64,000 bases of DNA from Eledone cirrhosa (GCA_964016885.1 OZ024740.1:5022001-5086000), one strand, 5' to 3'. Shown: positions 1 through 14,462, numbered from the stretch's first letter. Program-made: numbers and translations. The notes: generated from the letters alone by a model not told the origin.

Positions 1-214
1 GATGATGATGATATATATATATGCATATATACATTCATATATACATATATACATGCAAGCATATACACATAGAGGCATATATAGATATAGTAATTATTAT
101 CAAGAGAAACAGTTGCCTTTGCAGCTATTCTGACCTACTTCTGTGGAGCCTCTCTATAAAAGACATAAAACAGCCAATCAGAATAATGATGGCAGATTCT
201 GGTTAGGTAATGAT

Positions 215-407
215 ATAATTGTTTCTACTTTAGGCACAAGGCCAGCAATTACTCAGTACATTACTGGTACTTTATTTTATCGACCCCGTAAGGATGAAAG
301 GCAAAGTTAACCTCGGCGGGATTTGAACTCAGATCATAAAGCGACGTAACTCTATGCTAGAAAGCATGGGGTCCAACCCTCTACCAATACTGCCAATCCA
401 CCACCTA
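215..407 (-). mobile_element. tRNA-derived SINE (family A); its 5' head seeds the adjacent satellite
   Basis: Minus strand has A box TGGCAGTATTGG and B box GAGTTCAAATCC, body GCCTTTCATCCTTACGGGGTCGATAAAATAAAGTACCAG (resembles Meta/MESC-type central domain, from memory), A/T tail; about 10 homologous copies in window. Confidence 0.85.
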
Positions 408-3400
408 CCATGGCGTCCAACCCTCTACCTATACTGCCAATCCAGCACCCTACCATGGTGTCAGACCCTCTACCAATACTGCCAATCCACCACCCTAACA
501 TGGCGTCCAACCCTCTACCTATACTGCCAATCCACCACCTACCATGGCGTCCAACCCTCTACCAATACTGCCAATCCACCACCCTACCATGGTGTCAGAC
601 CTTCTACCAATACTGCCAATCCACCACCTAACATCGTGTCAGACCCTCTACCTATACTGCCAATCCACCACCCTACCATGGTGTCAGACCCTCTACCAAT
701 ACTGCCAATCCCCCACCCTAACATGGCGTCCAACCCTCTACCAATACTGCCAATCCCCCACCCTAACATGGCGTCCAACCCTCTACCGATACTGCCAATC
801 CCCCACCCTAACATGGCGTCCAACCCTCTACCGATACTACCAATCCACCACCCTAACATGGTGTCAGACCCTCTACCAATACCACCAATCCACCACCCTA
901 GCATGATGTCAGACCCTCTACCTATACTGCCAATCCACCACCCTAACATGGTGTCAGACCCTCTACCAATACTACCAATCCACCACCTAACATGGTGTCA
1001 GACCCTCTACCAATACTACCAATCCACCACCTACCATGGCTTCCAACCCTCTACCAATACTACCAATCCACCACCCTACCATGGCATCCAACCCTCTACC
1101 AATACTACCAATCCACCACCCTAACATGGTGTCAGACCCTCTACCTATACTGCCAATCCAGCACACTAACATGGTGTCGGACCCTCTTCCAATACTACCA
1201 ATCCACCACCCTAGCATGGTGTCAGACCCTCTACCAATACTGCCAATCCACCACCTAACATGGTGTCAGACCCTCTACCAATACTACCAATCCACCACCC
1301 TAACATGGTGTCAGACCCTCTACCAATACTGCCAATCCACCACCTAAGATGGTGTCAGACCCTCTACCAATACTGCCAATCCACCACCTAACATGGTGTC
1401 AGACCCTCTACCAATACTGCCAATCCACCAGCTAACATGGCGTCAGACCCTCTACCAATACTACCAATCCACCACCTAACATGGTGTCAGACCCTCTACC
1501 AATACTGCCAATACACCACGCTAGCATGGTGTCAGACCCTCTACCAATACTACCAATCCACCACCTAACATGGTGTCAGACCCTCTACCAATACTGCCAA
1601 TCCACCACCTAACATGGTGTCAGACCCTCTACCAATACTGCCAATCCAGCACACTAACATGGTGTCCAACCCTCTACCAATATTGCCAATCCACCACCTA
1701 CCATGGTATCAGACCCTCTACCAATACTACCAATCCACCACCCTAGCATGGTGTCAGACCCTCTACCAATACTGCCAATCCACCACCTAACATGGTGTCA
1801 GACCCTCTACCAATACTACCAATCCACCACCCTAACATGGTGTCAGACCCTCTACCAATACTGCCAATCCACCACCTAAGATGGTGTCAGACCCTCTACC
1901 AATACTGCCAATCCACCACCTAACATGGTGTCAGACCCTCTACCAATACTGCCAATCCACCAGCTAACATGGCGTCAGACCCTCTACCAATACTACCAAT
2001 CCACCACCTAACATGGTGTCAGACCCTCTACCAATACTGCCAATACACCACGCTAGCATGGTGTCAGACCCTCTACCAATACTACCAATCCACCACCTAA
2101 CATGGTGTCAGACCCTCTACCAATACTGCCAATCCACCACCTAACATGGTGTCAGACCCTCTACCAATACTGCCAATCCAGCACACTAACATGGTGTCCA
2201 ACCCTCTACCAATATTGCCAATCCACCACCTACCATGGTATCAGACCCTCTACCAATACTGCCAATCCAGCACACTAACATGGTGTCAGACCCTCTACCA
2301 ATACTGCCAATCCACCAGCTAACATGGTGTGAGACCCTCTACCAATACTGCCAATCCAGCACACTAACATGGCATCCAACCCTCTACCAATACTGCCAAT
2401 CCACCACCCTAACATGGTGTCAGACACTCTACCGATACTGCCAATCCACCACCCTAACATGGCGTCCAACCCTCTATCGATACTGCCAATCCACCAGCTA
2501 ACATGGTGTCCAACCCTCTACCAATACTGCCAATCCAGCACCTACCATGGCGTCCAACCCTCTACCTATACTACCAATCCAGCACCTACCATGGCGTCCA
2601 ACCCTCTACCAATACTGCCAATCCAGCACCTACCATGGCGTCCAACCCTCTACCAATACTGCCAATCCATCACCTACCATGGTGTCCAACCCTCTACCGA
2701 TACTACCAATCCACCACCTAACATGGTGTCAGACCCTCTACCAATACTGCCAATCCAGCACCTACCATGGCGTCCAACCCTCTACCTATACTACCAATCC
2801 ACCACCTAACATGGTGTCAGACCCTCTACCAATACTGCCAATCCACCACCCTAACATGGCGTCCAACCCTCTACCGATACTGACAATCCACCACTCTAAC
2901 ACGGTGTCCAACCCTCTACCAATACTGCCAATCCAGCACCCTAAAATGGCGTCCAACCCTCTACCAATACTGCCAATCCACCACCCTAACAAGGTGTCCA
3001 ACCCTCTACCAATACTGCCAATCCACCCCCCTAGCATGGTGTCAGACCCTCTACCAATACTGCCAATCCACCACCCTAACATGGTGTCAGACCCTCTACC
3101 AATACTGCCAATCCACCACCCTAACATGGTGTCAGACCCTCTAACAATACAACCAATCCACCACCTAGCATGGTGTCAGACCCTCTACCTATACTACCAA
3201 TCCACCACCTAACATGGTGTCAGACCCTCTACCAATACTGCCAATCCACCACCTAGCATGGTGTCAGACCCTCTACCAATACTGCCAATACACCACCCTA
3301 GCATGGTGTCAGACCCTCTACCTATACTACCAATCCACCACCCTAGCATGGTGTCAGACCCTCTACCAATACTGCCAATCCACCACCCTACCATGGTGTC

Positions 3401-5790
3401 AGACGCTCTACCAATACTGCCAATCCACCACCCTACCATGGTGTCAGACCCTCTACCAATACTGCCAATCCAACACCTAACATGGTGTCAGACCCTCTAC
3501 CAATACTACCAATCCACCACCTAACATGGTGTCAGACCCTCTACCAATACTGCCAATACACCACCCTAGCATGGTGTCAGACCCTCTACCTATACTACCA
3601 ATCCACCACCTAACATGGTGTCAGACCCTCTACCAATACTGCCAATCCACCACCTACCATGGCGTCCAACCCTCTACCTATACTACCAATCCACCACCTA
3701 ACATGGTGTCAGACCCTCTACCAATACTGCCAATCCACCACTCTAACATGGTGTCCAACCCTCTACCAATATTGCCTATCCACCACTTAACGTGGTGTCA
3801 GACCCTCTACCAATACTGACAATCCACCACCTAACATGGTGTCAGACCCTCTACCAATACTGCCATTCCACTACCCTAACATGGTGTCAGACCCTCTTAC
3901 AATACTGCCAATCCACCAGCTAACATGGTGTCAGACCCTCTACCAATACTGCCTTCCAGCACACTAACATGGTGTCAGACCCTCTACCAATACTGCCAAT
4001 CCAGCACACTAACATGGTGTCCAACCCTCTACCAATACTGCCAATCCAGCACACTAACATGGTGTCCAACCCTCTACCAATAATGCCAATCCACCAGCTA
4101 ACATGGTGTCAGACCCTCTACCAATACTGCCAATCCAGCACCCTACCATGGTGTCAGACCCTCTACCAATACTGCCAATCCAGCACACTAACATGTTGTC
4201 CAACCCTCTACCAATACTACCAATCCACCACCCTAACATGGTGTCAGACCCTCTACCAATACTACCAATCCACCACCCTAACATGGCATCAGACCCTCTA
4301 CCAATACTGCCAATCCACCACCTAACATGGCGTCAGACCCCTCTACCAATACTGCCAATCCAGCACACTAACATGGCATCAAACCCTCTACCAATACTGC
4401 CAATCCACCACCATAACATGGTGTCAGACACTCTACCAATACTGCCAATCCACCACCTAACATGGCGTCAGACCCTCTACCAATACTGCCAATCCACCAC
4501 CTAACATGGCGTCAGACCCTCTACCAATACTGCCAATCCAGCACACTAACATGGCATCAAACCCTCTACCAATACTGCCAATCCACCACCTAACATGGCG
4601 TCAGACCCTCTACCAATACTGCCAATCCACCACCTAACATGGCGTCAGACCCTCTACCAATACTGCCAATCCAGCACACTAACATGGCATCAAACCCTCT
4701 ACCAATACTGCCAATCCACCACCATAACATGGTGTCAGACACTCTACCAATACTGCCAATCCACCACCTAACATGGCGTCAGACCCTCTACCAATACTGC
4801 CAATCCACCACCCTAACATGGCATCCAACCCTCTATCGATACTGCCAATCCACCAGCTAACATGGCGTCCAACCCTCTACCGATACTGCCAATCCATCAC
4901 CTACCATGGTGTCCAACCCTCTATCTATACTATCAATCCACCACCTAACATGGTGTCAGACCCTCTACCAATACTGCCAATCCACCACCTACCATGGCGT
5001 CCAACCCTCTACCTATACTACCAATCCACCACCTAACATGGTGTCAGACCCTCTACCAATACTGCCAATCCACCACCCTAACATGGCGTCCAACCCTCTA
5101 CCGATACTGCCAATCCACCACTCTAACATGGTGTCCAACCCTCTACCAATACTGCCAATTCACCACCCTAACATGGCGTCCAACCCTCTACCAATACTGC
5201 CAATCCACCACCCTAACATGGTGTCAGACCCTCTACCAATACTGCCAATCCACCACCCTAACATGGCGTCCAACCCTCTACCGATACTGCCAATCCACCA
5301 CTCTAACATGGTGTCCAACCCTCTACCAATACTGCCAATTCACCACCCTAACATGGCGTCCAACCCTCTACCAATACTGCCAATCCACCACCCTAACATG
5401 GTGTCAGACCCTCTACCAATACTGCCAATCCACCACTCTAACATGGTGTCCAACCCTCTACCAATACTGCCAATCCACCACCCTAACATGGCGTCCAACC
5501 CTCTACCAATACTGCCAATCCACCACCCTAGCATGGTGTCAGACCCTCTACCAATACTGCCAATCCACCACACTAACATGGCGTTCAACCCTCTGCCGAT
5601 ACTGCCAATCCACCACCCTAACATGGCGTCCAACCCTCTACCGATACTGCCAATCCACCACCCTAACATGGCGTCCAACCCTCTACCGATACTGCCAATC
5701 CACCACCCTAACATGGCGTCCAACCCTCTACCGATACTGCCAATCCAGCACCCTAACATGGCGTTCAACCCTCTACCGATACTGCCAATC
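365..5790. repeat. 44/45-bp minisatellite (~120 units) derived from the SINE 5' head
   Basis: Unit CATGGTGTCAGACCCTCTACCAATACTGCCAATCCACCAC(C)CTAA; matches the reverse complement of SINE heads at 6320-6360, 9359-9398 and the + strand at 36769-36808. Confidence 0.95.
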
Positions 5791-6317
5791 AATGATATAA
5801 TGATCTTCTCACATTTTATGACTGGATTTCTAACAAAAATAGGATTTTAGACCTTGAGGTATGCTAAATGTTTGGACATTTGTCTCCATGGCTACAAAAG
5901 AAGAAAACATCCTACAGCTCTGACCTAGGTGTTGAGTCTGTCTCCCCCTCTCCTTTCTTCTTTTGTCTAATAGCTTTTGCTCTTTTCACCCTTTTCCTCT
6001 CACTTATGGCATGTATAGTGCTTTCAAATATTGCTTTCTTTTCTTTATGTTTGACCAACTTATAGTTATATCAACAATAAATGTATTCCTATTTATTGAA
6101 AAATTCCTTGTTCTGAGTAAAGAAGAATTTTAAAAATTGAAGTTTTATATTTAAAAAAAATGGTACAACAATCAGAATCATTTATTTATTACCTTATCTG
6201 GGGCTAAGCTGAGATTAAACAACAGCAACAATAAACTCTACCAATTTTCAGTATATATACACAGCTGGGAGGGCTGAGTCATTCAGAGGTAGATACTTCA
6301 CCTTTCATTATTTTATA

Positions 6318-6512
6318 GGGGTGGTGGATTGGCAGTATCGGTAGAGGGGCGGACACCATGCTTTGACGTATAGAGTTACGGCCCTTTATAGTCTCAGTTC
6401 AAATCCCACCAACGTTAACTTTGTCTTTCATCCTTACAGGGTCGATAAAATAAAGTACCTGTAATACACTGGGATAATTGCTGGCCTTGTGCCAATAGTG
6501 AATAGAATTATT
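6318..6512 (+). mobile_element. tRNA-derived SINE family A, full length
   Basis: GGTGGTGGATTGGCAGTATCGGTAGAG...GTTCAAATCC...CTTTCATCCTTACAGGGTCGATAAAATAAAGTACC. Confidence 0.85.
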
Positions 6513-6802
6513 GTAGAGTAAATAAATTAAACATACTGAAACTCACTAGGAAAGCATGAGGGTAGTTGCTCCAGACTGGCCATTAACTTTTCAAACTGAC
6601 ATTATTTTTACAATTTAGTTTGAGAAGCAAGGACAGTATCTCTGATCTAAGAGTGGTGCAATGAAGGGAGGAAATTATGCTCAAATGAAAGACCTGGTTG
6701 AAATGTTTGTCACAGAATGAGCTCTGCTGATGGCACTCGGAGACCTGATGGCACTCAGGGACCTGATGGCTGATAAAAAACAAGTAATTAATGCAGTTTA
6801 CC

Positions 6803-9346
6803 ATTCGTGGACATGTTTATAAAATCAGAAAACAGCACAGCTCCCATGACATTCAGAATCATTTTTACATGCTCAGAGTTGCTGAAGCATGGAACAAACT
6901 ACCTACATCAGTTATTAGCTGTCGAGACACTGCATCCTTTAAAACCTCCATGGAACAAACTACCTACATCAGTTATTAGCTGTCGAGACACTGCAACCTT
7001 TAAAACCTCCATGGAACAAACTATCTGCATCAGTTATTAGCTGTCGAGACACTGCATCCTTTAAAACCTCCATGGAACAAACTACCTGCATCAGTTATTA
7101 GCTGTCGAGACACTGCAACCTTTAAAACCTCCATGGAACAAACTATCTGCATCAGTTATTAGCTGTCGAGACACTGCATCCTTTAAAACCTCCATGGAAC
7201 AAACTACCTACATCAGTTGTTAGCTGTCGAGACACTGCATCCTTTAAAACCTCCATGGAACAAACTACCTACATCAGTTATTAGCTGTCGAGATACTGCA
7301 TCCTTTAAAACCTCCATGGAACAAACTACCTACATCAGTTATTAGCTGTCGAGACACTGCAACCTTTAAAACCTCCATGGAACAAACTACCTACATCAGT
7401 TATTAGCTGTCGAGACACTGCAACCTTTAAAACCTCCATGGAACAAACTATCTGCATCAGTTATTAGCTGTCGAGACACTGCATCCTTTAAAACCTCCAT
7501 GGAACAAACTACCTACATCAGTTGTTAGCTGTTGAGACACTGCATCCTTTAAAACCTCCATGGAACAAACTACCTACATCAGTTATTAGTTGTCGAGACA
7601 CTGCAACCTTTAAAACCTCCATGGAACAAACTACCTGCATCAGTTATTAGCTGTCGAGACACTGCAACCTTTAAAACCTCCATGGAACAAACTACCTGCA
7701 TCAGTTGTTAGCTGTCGAGACACTGCAACCTTTAAAACCTCCATGGAACAAACTACCTGCATCAGTTGTTAGCTGTCGAGACACTGCAACCTTTAAAACC
7801 TCCATGGAACAAACTACCTGCATCAGTTATTAGCTGTCGAGACACTGCATCCTTAAAAACCTCCATGGAACAAACTACTTACATCAGTTATTAGCTGTCG
7901 AGACACTGCATCCTTTAAAACCTCCATGGAACAAACTACTTACATCAGTTATTAGCTGTCGAGACACTGCAACCTTTAAAACCTCCATGGAACAAACTAC
8001 TTACATCAGTTATTAGCTGTCGAGACACTGCAACCTTTAAAACCTCCATGGAACAAACTACTTACATCAGTTGTTAGCTGTCAAGACACTGCAACCTTTA
8101 AAACCTCCATGGAACAAACTACCTGCATCAGTTATTAGCTGTCGAGACACTGCATCCTTTAAAACCTCCATGGAACAAACTACCTACATCAGTTATTAGC
8201 TGTCGAGACACTGCAACCTTTAAAACCTCCATGGAACAAACTATCTGCATCAGTTATTAGCTGTCGAGACACTGCATCCTTTAAAACCTCCATGGAACAA
8301 ACTACCTGCATCAGTTATTAGCTGTCGAGACACTGCAACCTTTAAAACCTCCATGGAACAAACTATCTGCATCAGTTATTAGCTGTCGAGACACTGCATC
8401 CTTTAAAACCTCCATGGAACAAACTACCTACATCAGTTGTTAGCTGTTGAGACACTGCATCCTTTAAAACCTCCATGGAACAAACTACCTACATCAGTTA
8501 TTAGTTGTCGAGACACTGCAACCTTTAAAACCTCCATGGAACAAACTACTTACATCAGTTGTTAGCTGTCGAGACACTGCAACCTTTAAAACCTCCATGG
8601 AACAAACTACCTGCATCAGTTATTAGCTGTCGAGACACTGCATCCTTAAAAACCTCCATGGAACAAACTACTTACATCAGTTATTAGCTGTCGAGACACT
8701 GCATCCTTTAAAACCTCCATGGAACAAACTACTTACATCAGTTATTAGCTGTCGAGACACTGCAACCTTTAAAACCTCCATGGAACAAACTACTTACATC
8801 AGTTATTAGCTGTCGAGACACTGCAACTTTTAAAACCTCCATGGAACAAACTACTTACATCAGTTGTTAGCTGTCAAGACACTGCAACCTTTAAAACCTC
8901 CATGGAACAAACTACCTGCATCAGTTATTAGCTGTCGAGACACTGCATCCTTAAAAACCTCCATGGAACAAACTCCCTGCATCAGTTGTTAGCTGTCGAG
9001 ACACTGCATCCTTTAAAACCTCCATGGAACAAACTACCTGCATGAGTTGCTAGCTGTCGAGACACTGCATCCTTTAAAACCTCCATGGAACAAACTACCT
9101 GCATCAGTTGTTAGCTGTCGAGACACTGCATCCTTTAAAACCTCCATACTTCCCGAGATTCGCCAACACTACACCTAATATTTCCCCTCCATACACATAC
9201 ACACATGCATATCATGACTCATACACTATTCACTTCTCTGACACTTGTACATTATTCTACGTACTATACATGCACCTTTGATGAGTTGTAGTGCACCTGA
9301 GTACTGTACTCAATCATTTTCATTATTATTATTATTATTATTATTA
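6803..9346 (+). mobile_element. CR1-clade LINE 3' end interrupted by internal tandem amplification
   Basis: RGHVYKIRKQ...RVAEAWNKLPTSVISCRDTASFKTS is a typical CR1 ORF2 C-terminus; after the array the frame resumes (ILPEIRQHYT*), then 3' UTR and (ATT)n tail at ~9322-9346. Confidence 0.75.
6888..9147. repeat. 61-bp minisatellite, 37 units
   Basis: Unit CATGGAACAAACTACCTACATCAGTTATTAGCTGTCGAGACACTGCATCCTTTAAAACCTC; (9145-6888)/61=37. Confidence 0.95.
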
Positions 9347-9358
9347 CTTTATTATCAA

Positions 9359-9560
9359 GGTGGTGGATTGACGGTATCGGTAGAGCGTCAGACGCCATGC
9401 TTTCCAGCATAGTTACGTCCCTTTACGATCTGAGTTCAAATCCCGCCGAGGTTAACTTTGCCTTTCATCCTTACAGGGTCTATAAAATAAAGTACCAGTA
9501 ATGCATTGGGTATTTGCTGGCCTTGTGCCTAACGTAGAAACAATTATTACTTTATTATTA
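9359..9560 (+). mobile_element. SINE family A
   Basis: Same head, B box and body as 6318-6512; inserted in the CR1 ATT tail. Confidence 0.85.
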
Positions 9561-9581
9561 TTTTCATTATTATTACTTACG

Positions 9582-9739
9582 GCCATGCTTTGAAGCATAG
9601 AGTTACCTCCCTTCATGATCTGAGTTCAAATCCAGCCGAGGTTAACTTTGCCTTTCCTCCTTACGGGGTCGATAAAATAAAGTACCAGTAATACACTGGA
9701 ATAATTGCTGGCCTTGTGCCAAAAAGTAGAAACAATTAT
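9582..9739 (+). mobile_element. SINE family A, 5'-truncated
   Basis: B box GAGTTCAAATCC, body and tail present; head missing. Confidence 0.8.
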
Positions 9740-10699
9740 AAAAAAACTAGGACAAACACCACAACACATCTCAACTGATGCTCTACTAATTCTGCCTATC
9801 CACTACTTTGGACTGATACTATTGACTCTGAACGACAAGTAAAGTTGACCATGGTAAGATTTGAACTGAGAACGTAAAAAGAACAAATGCTACAGGATAT
9901 TTTATCTTCCACTCTAACAACTTTGTATTAATCTGTAATATAATAAAGTACCAGTAATGCACTGGCATAATTGCTGGTCTTGTGCCAAAAGTAGAAACAA
10001 TTAATCTGTAATATAATATCTATGTTTATCAAGGGAAGTGTTTAGCAATAAAACATGAGAGGATTAAAATATGAGAATTGTAAAGAAGGATATAGAGTGG
10101 ACATGTTTTTCTAAGTGTATCAGCTGGAACTGAGGAGGGAAAGTTGTCATAAAACTACGGTAAATAATTACTTGTTTCTCTTATAACAATAATTATTGAT
10201 CAGAATTTAAAGTCTATCCCCCCCCCCCCCCACACACACACACACACCCACACACACTATATTGATTGTTGTTAGTTCAATAAGCGTAACATATGTTTGT
10301 TAATGCCAGATAGATTATAAAGATAGTGTTATTGAAATATTGGGATCACTACGTAAGTTGACCCCTTAGATATTGAAGCAGGCCTTTACTAAAACACTTC
10401 ACCTAATTCTTTGAACTGCTCTTTTCCAGAACTACATTTCCCCAGATGAATCAACAAGGGAGCCTTCATGTGGTCCCTAGAAATAGCAGCAAAATCTTAC
10501 TCAATATATAATTAAACATTAGTTATTTAATATCTAGTTAATCTGTTTATGTAGTGGAACCATGGTCCATGAATGTCTCTCATCACAAACAACTCTCAAC
10601 TGATAAACAGCATCTCAAGTAATAAGCACAGAGCTAGCAACAACGGTTGACAAGCTGGGAGTATCAGCAGACAAGTGTCACTGTCTGTGTAGTTAGTTA

Positions 10700-12660
10700 C
10701 TATGGTGATATCTACCTTTGGTGATATCTATCTATAGTGATATCTATCCATAGTGATATCTATCTTTGGTGATATCTATCTATGGTGATTTTTATATTTG
10801 GTGATATCTATCGATGGTGATATCTATCTATAGTGATATCTATCTATGGTGATATCTATCTATGGTGATATCTATCTTTGATGATATCAATCTATGGTGA
10901 TATGAATCTATGGTGACATGAATCTATGGTGATATCAATCTATGGTGATATCAATCTTTGGTGATATCAATCTATGGTGATACCAATCTATGGTGATATC
11001 AATCTTTGGTGATACCAATCTATGGTGATATCAATCTTTGGTGATATCAATCTATGGTGGTATCAATCTTTGGTGACATCAATCTTTGGTGACATCAATC
11101 TTTGGTAATATCAATCTATGGTGATATCAATCTTTGGTGATTCAATCTATGGTGATATCTTTCTATGGTGATATCAATCTTTGGTGATATCTTTCTATGG
11201 TCACATCTATCTTTGGCGATATCAATCTATGGCGATATCAATCTTTGGTGATATCAATCTATGGTGATATCAATCTTTGGTGATATCAATCTATGGTGAT
11301 ATCAATCTATGGTGATATCAATCTTTGGTGATATCAATCTATGGTGATATATTTATATGGTGATATCAATGTTTGGTGATATCAGTCTATGGTGATATCA
11401 ATCTTTGGTGATATCAATCTTTGGTGATATCAATCTATGGTGATATCTTTCTAGTGTGATATCTATCTTTGATGATATGAATCTATGGTGATATCAATCT
11501 ATGGTGATATCAATCTATGGTGATATCAATCTATGGTGATACCAATCTACGGTGATATCAATCTTTGGTGATATCAATCTATGGTGGTATCAACCTTGGG
11601 GATATCAATCTTTGGTGACATCAATCTTTGGTAATATCAATCTATGGTGATATCTTTCTATGGTGATATCAATCTTTGGTGATTCAATCTATGATGATAT
11701 CTTTCTATGGTGATATCAATCTTTGGTGATATCAATCTATGGTGATATCTATCTATTGTGATATCTATTTTGATATGTTTCTATGGTGACATCAATCTAT
11801 GGTGATTTCAGTCTTTGGTGATATCAATCTTTGGTGATATCAATCTATGGTGATAGGAATCTATGGTGACATCTTTCTATGGTGATATCAATCTTTGGTG
11901 ATATCTATCTATAGTGATATCTTTCTATGGTGATATCAATCTTTGGTGATATCTTTCTATGGTCACATCTATCTTTGGCGATATCAATCTATGGTGATAT
12001 CAATCTTTGGTGATATCTATCTATGGTAATTTCTATATTTGGTGATAGCTATCTATAGTGATATCTATCTATGGTGATATCAATCTATGGTGATATCAAT
12101 CTTTGGTTATATCAATCTTTGGTGATATCAATCTTTGGTGATATCAATCTATGGTGATATCTTTCTATGGTGATATCTATCTTTGATGATATCAATCTAT
12201 GGTGATATGAATCTATGGTGATATCAATCTATGGTGATATCAATCTATGGTGATATCAATCTATGGTGATATCAATCTATGGTGATACCAATCCATGCTG
12301 ATATCAATCTTTGGTGATACCAATCTATGGTGATATCAGTCTTTGGTGATATCAATCTATGGTGATATCAATCTATGGTGATATCAATCTTTGGTGATAT
12401 CAATCTATGGTGATATATTTATATGGTGATATATTTCTATGGTGATATCAATCTTTGGTGATATCAATCTATGGTGATATATAACTATGGTGATATCTAT
12501 CTATGGTGATATATATCTATGGTGATATCTTTCTATGGTGATATCTATCTTTGGTGATATCTATCTATGGTGATATCTATCTATGGTGATATCTATCTAT
12601 GGTGATATATTTATATGGTGATATCAATCTATGGTGATATCTATCTATGGTGATATCTTT
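10700..12660. repeat. 16-bp minisatellite (~120 units)
   Basis: Unit TATGGTGATATCAATC with variants; contains the GATATC palindrome. Confidence 0.95.
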
Positions 12661-12781
12661 CACACTCAGTCTCTCTCTCATGCTATTTTGTTCATAACAT
12701 TTCATATGGAAAAACTAGTTTAATTTACAAACGTGATGCATGTCCTTCATGAACTGAGGCTCCTCTCTCAATATTTTTGTT

Positions 12782-13195
12782 GGATCAATCAACAAAGGAG
12801 CCTCTATGTGGATGCTAGAAATAGCAGCAATATATAATTAAACACTATTTTAACTATTCTATCTTTAATATTCAGTTAATATGTCTGTTTATATAATGAT
12901 TTCTACTATAAACATTGATCCTAGTGCATTACTGGTACTTTATTTTATCGACACCGTTGGGATGAAAGACAAAGCTAACCATGGCTGGATTTGAACTCAG
13001 AATGTAAAGGGCCGTAACTCTGTGTTGCAAAGCATGTTGTTCGAAACTATACCGATACTGGCAATTCTATATAATAAATGTTTTTATGTGATCAATCAAC
13101 AAGGGCGCCTCAATGTGGATGCTAGAAATAGCAGCAATATATAAACATATTAGTTACTCCATCTTTAATATCTGTTAATCTGTTTGTTTATATAA
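12782..13195 (+). repeat. Short dispersed repeat (copies ~10449-10550, 12782-12895, 13089-13195)
   Basis: Shared AATCAACAA(G/A)GG..CCT..ATGTGG....TAGAAATAGCAGCAA motif. Confidence 0.65.
12922..13066 (-). mobile_element. SINE family A, diverged
   Basis: CTGGTACTTTATTTTATCGAC...GGATTTGAACTCAG...CTATACCGATACTGGCAAT. Confidence 0.75.
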
Positions 13196-13250
13196 TGTTT
13201 TTAGGGGATAAAACAATGATTAGATTCTATATATTCCTTTTATATAACAA

Positions 13251-13485
13251 TTGGTTGTTGTTGTTGTTACTGTTGCTGTTACTGTTGCTGTTACTGTTGT
13301 TGTTGTTACTGTTGTTGTTACTGTTGTGTTGTTGTTGTTACTGTTGTTGTTGTTACTGTTGTATTGTTGTTGTTACTGTTGTTGTTGTTACTGTTGTGTT
13401 GTTGTTACTGTTGTTGTGTTGTTTTTACTGTTGTGTTGTTATTGTTACTGTTGTTGTAGTTATTACTGTTGTGTTGTTATTGTTG
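13251..13485. repeat. (GTT)n-type microsatellite
   Basis: GTT/GTTACT iterations. Confidence 0.9.
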
Positions 13486-13677
13486 TGGCAGCCACACCTC
13501 TTGTCATGGCCAATATTTAACAAAAAACCAAATAAACTGGTGACCTACTACTTTCCTCCGTTAATCAAGGTCACCTCGTTAACATTGCCCCGGGCAACCA
13601 CTGTTTCATGATTAACAGAAAACAGATTATAAAATTTGATGAGCTTAAAGTTGAAAATCTTGACCAATTATATCTCA

Positions 13678-13985
13678 CTAGCAGTGGTACCCGTCGTTGC
13701 ACGGATAAGGTATTTTGGAACGCGGGCAGCCAACACACCTAATCGGGGAAAAACTGCATGCCTGGACAATATGTAAAGAAAATAAATCGAATACTCTGAT
13801 GGCTGGATAATCTTTAAGATTTTACTCGATGAAGTAGGAAAAATGCAGGTTTTCACCTAATGCGGGCCCTAGGGGATCAAAAAGTTGAATTTTTTATGTG
13901 CCTAACACTCCCTGAAACATAAGTAATACACATGTAAAGTTTGAAAAAGGTCGATTGGGTATTTCTCGAGTTTTAGGAATTCAAA

Positions 13986-14069
<84 letters not shown>

Positions 14070-14462
14070 TCCTCAGGGAAGTGACGTAATGCGACGTTAT
14101 ATGTATGTATCTATCTAAAAAGAGAAAGACTAAGAATTATAGAGAGAGATTGCTAAATCGCTTAATGCATTGAAAATTCAAACTCACACACACACACACA
14201 CACAGACATCCTCAGGGAAGTGACGTAATGCGACGTTATAACTATATATCTATCTAAAAAGAGAAAGACTAAGAATTATAGAGAGAGATTGCTAAATCGC
14301 TTAGGGCATTGAAAATTTGAATTTCATTTTGCTCAGAACACTCCCTGAAACATAAGTATTACATGTGTAGAATTTGAAAACAGTCGGTTTGGTGGTTCTC
14401 GAGTTTTAGGGATTCAAACTCACACACACACAGACAGGCATCCTCAGTTTTATATATATAGA
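13678..14462 (-). mobile_element. Non-autonomous Helitron
   Basis: Minus strand begins A|TCTATATATATAAAAC and ends hairpin CCGTGCAACGACGG ... CTAG|T: canonical 5'-TC, 3'-CTAG, A/T target, no TSD; internal (CA)n and subrepeat duplications. Confidence 0.75.

Noticed and set aside
354-5850. Many Pro/Leu/His-rich ORFs (MVSDPLPILPIHHPN repeats)
   Set aside because: Translation of the 44/45-bp satellite; frames switch with unit length
5915-6085. Possible terminal host exon on the minus strand (YKLVKHKEKKAIFES...TPRSEL*)
   Set aside because: Best upstream AG acceptor puts a TGA in frame; no recognisable homology
365-12660. CRISPR-like arrays
   Set aside because: Head-to-tail repeats with no unique spacers, no cas genes, eukaryotic context
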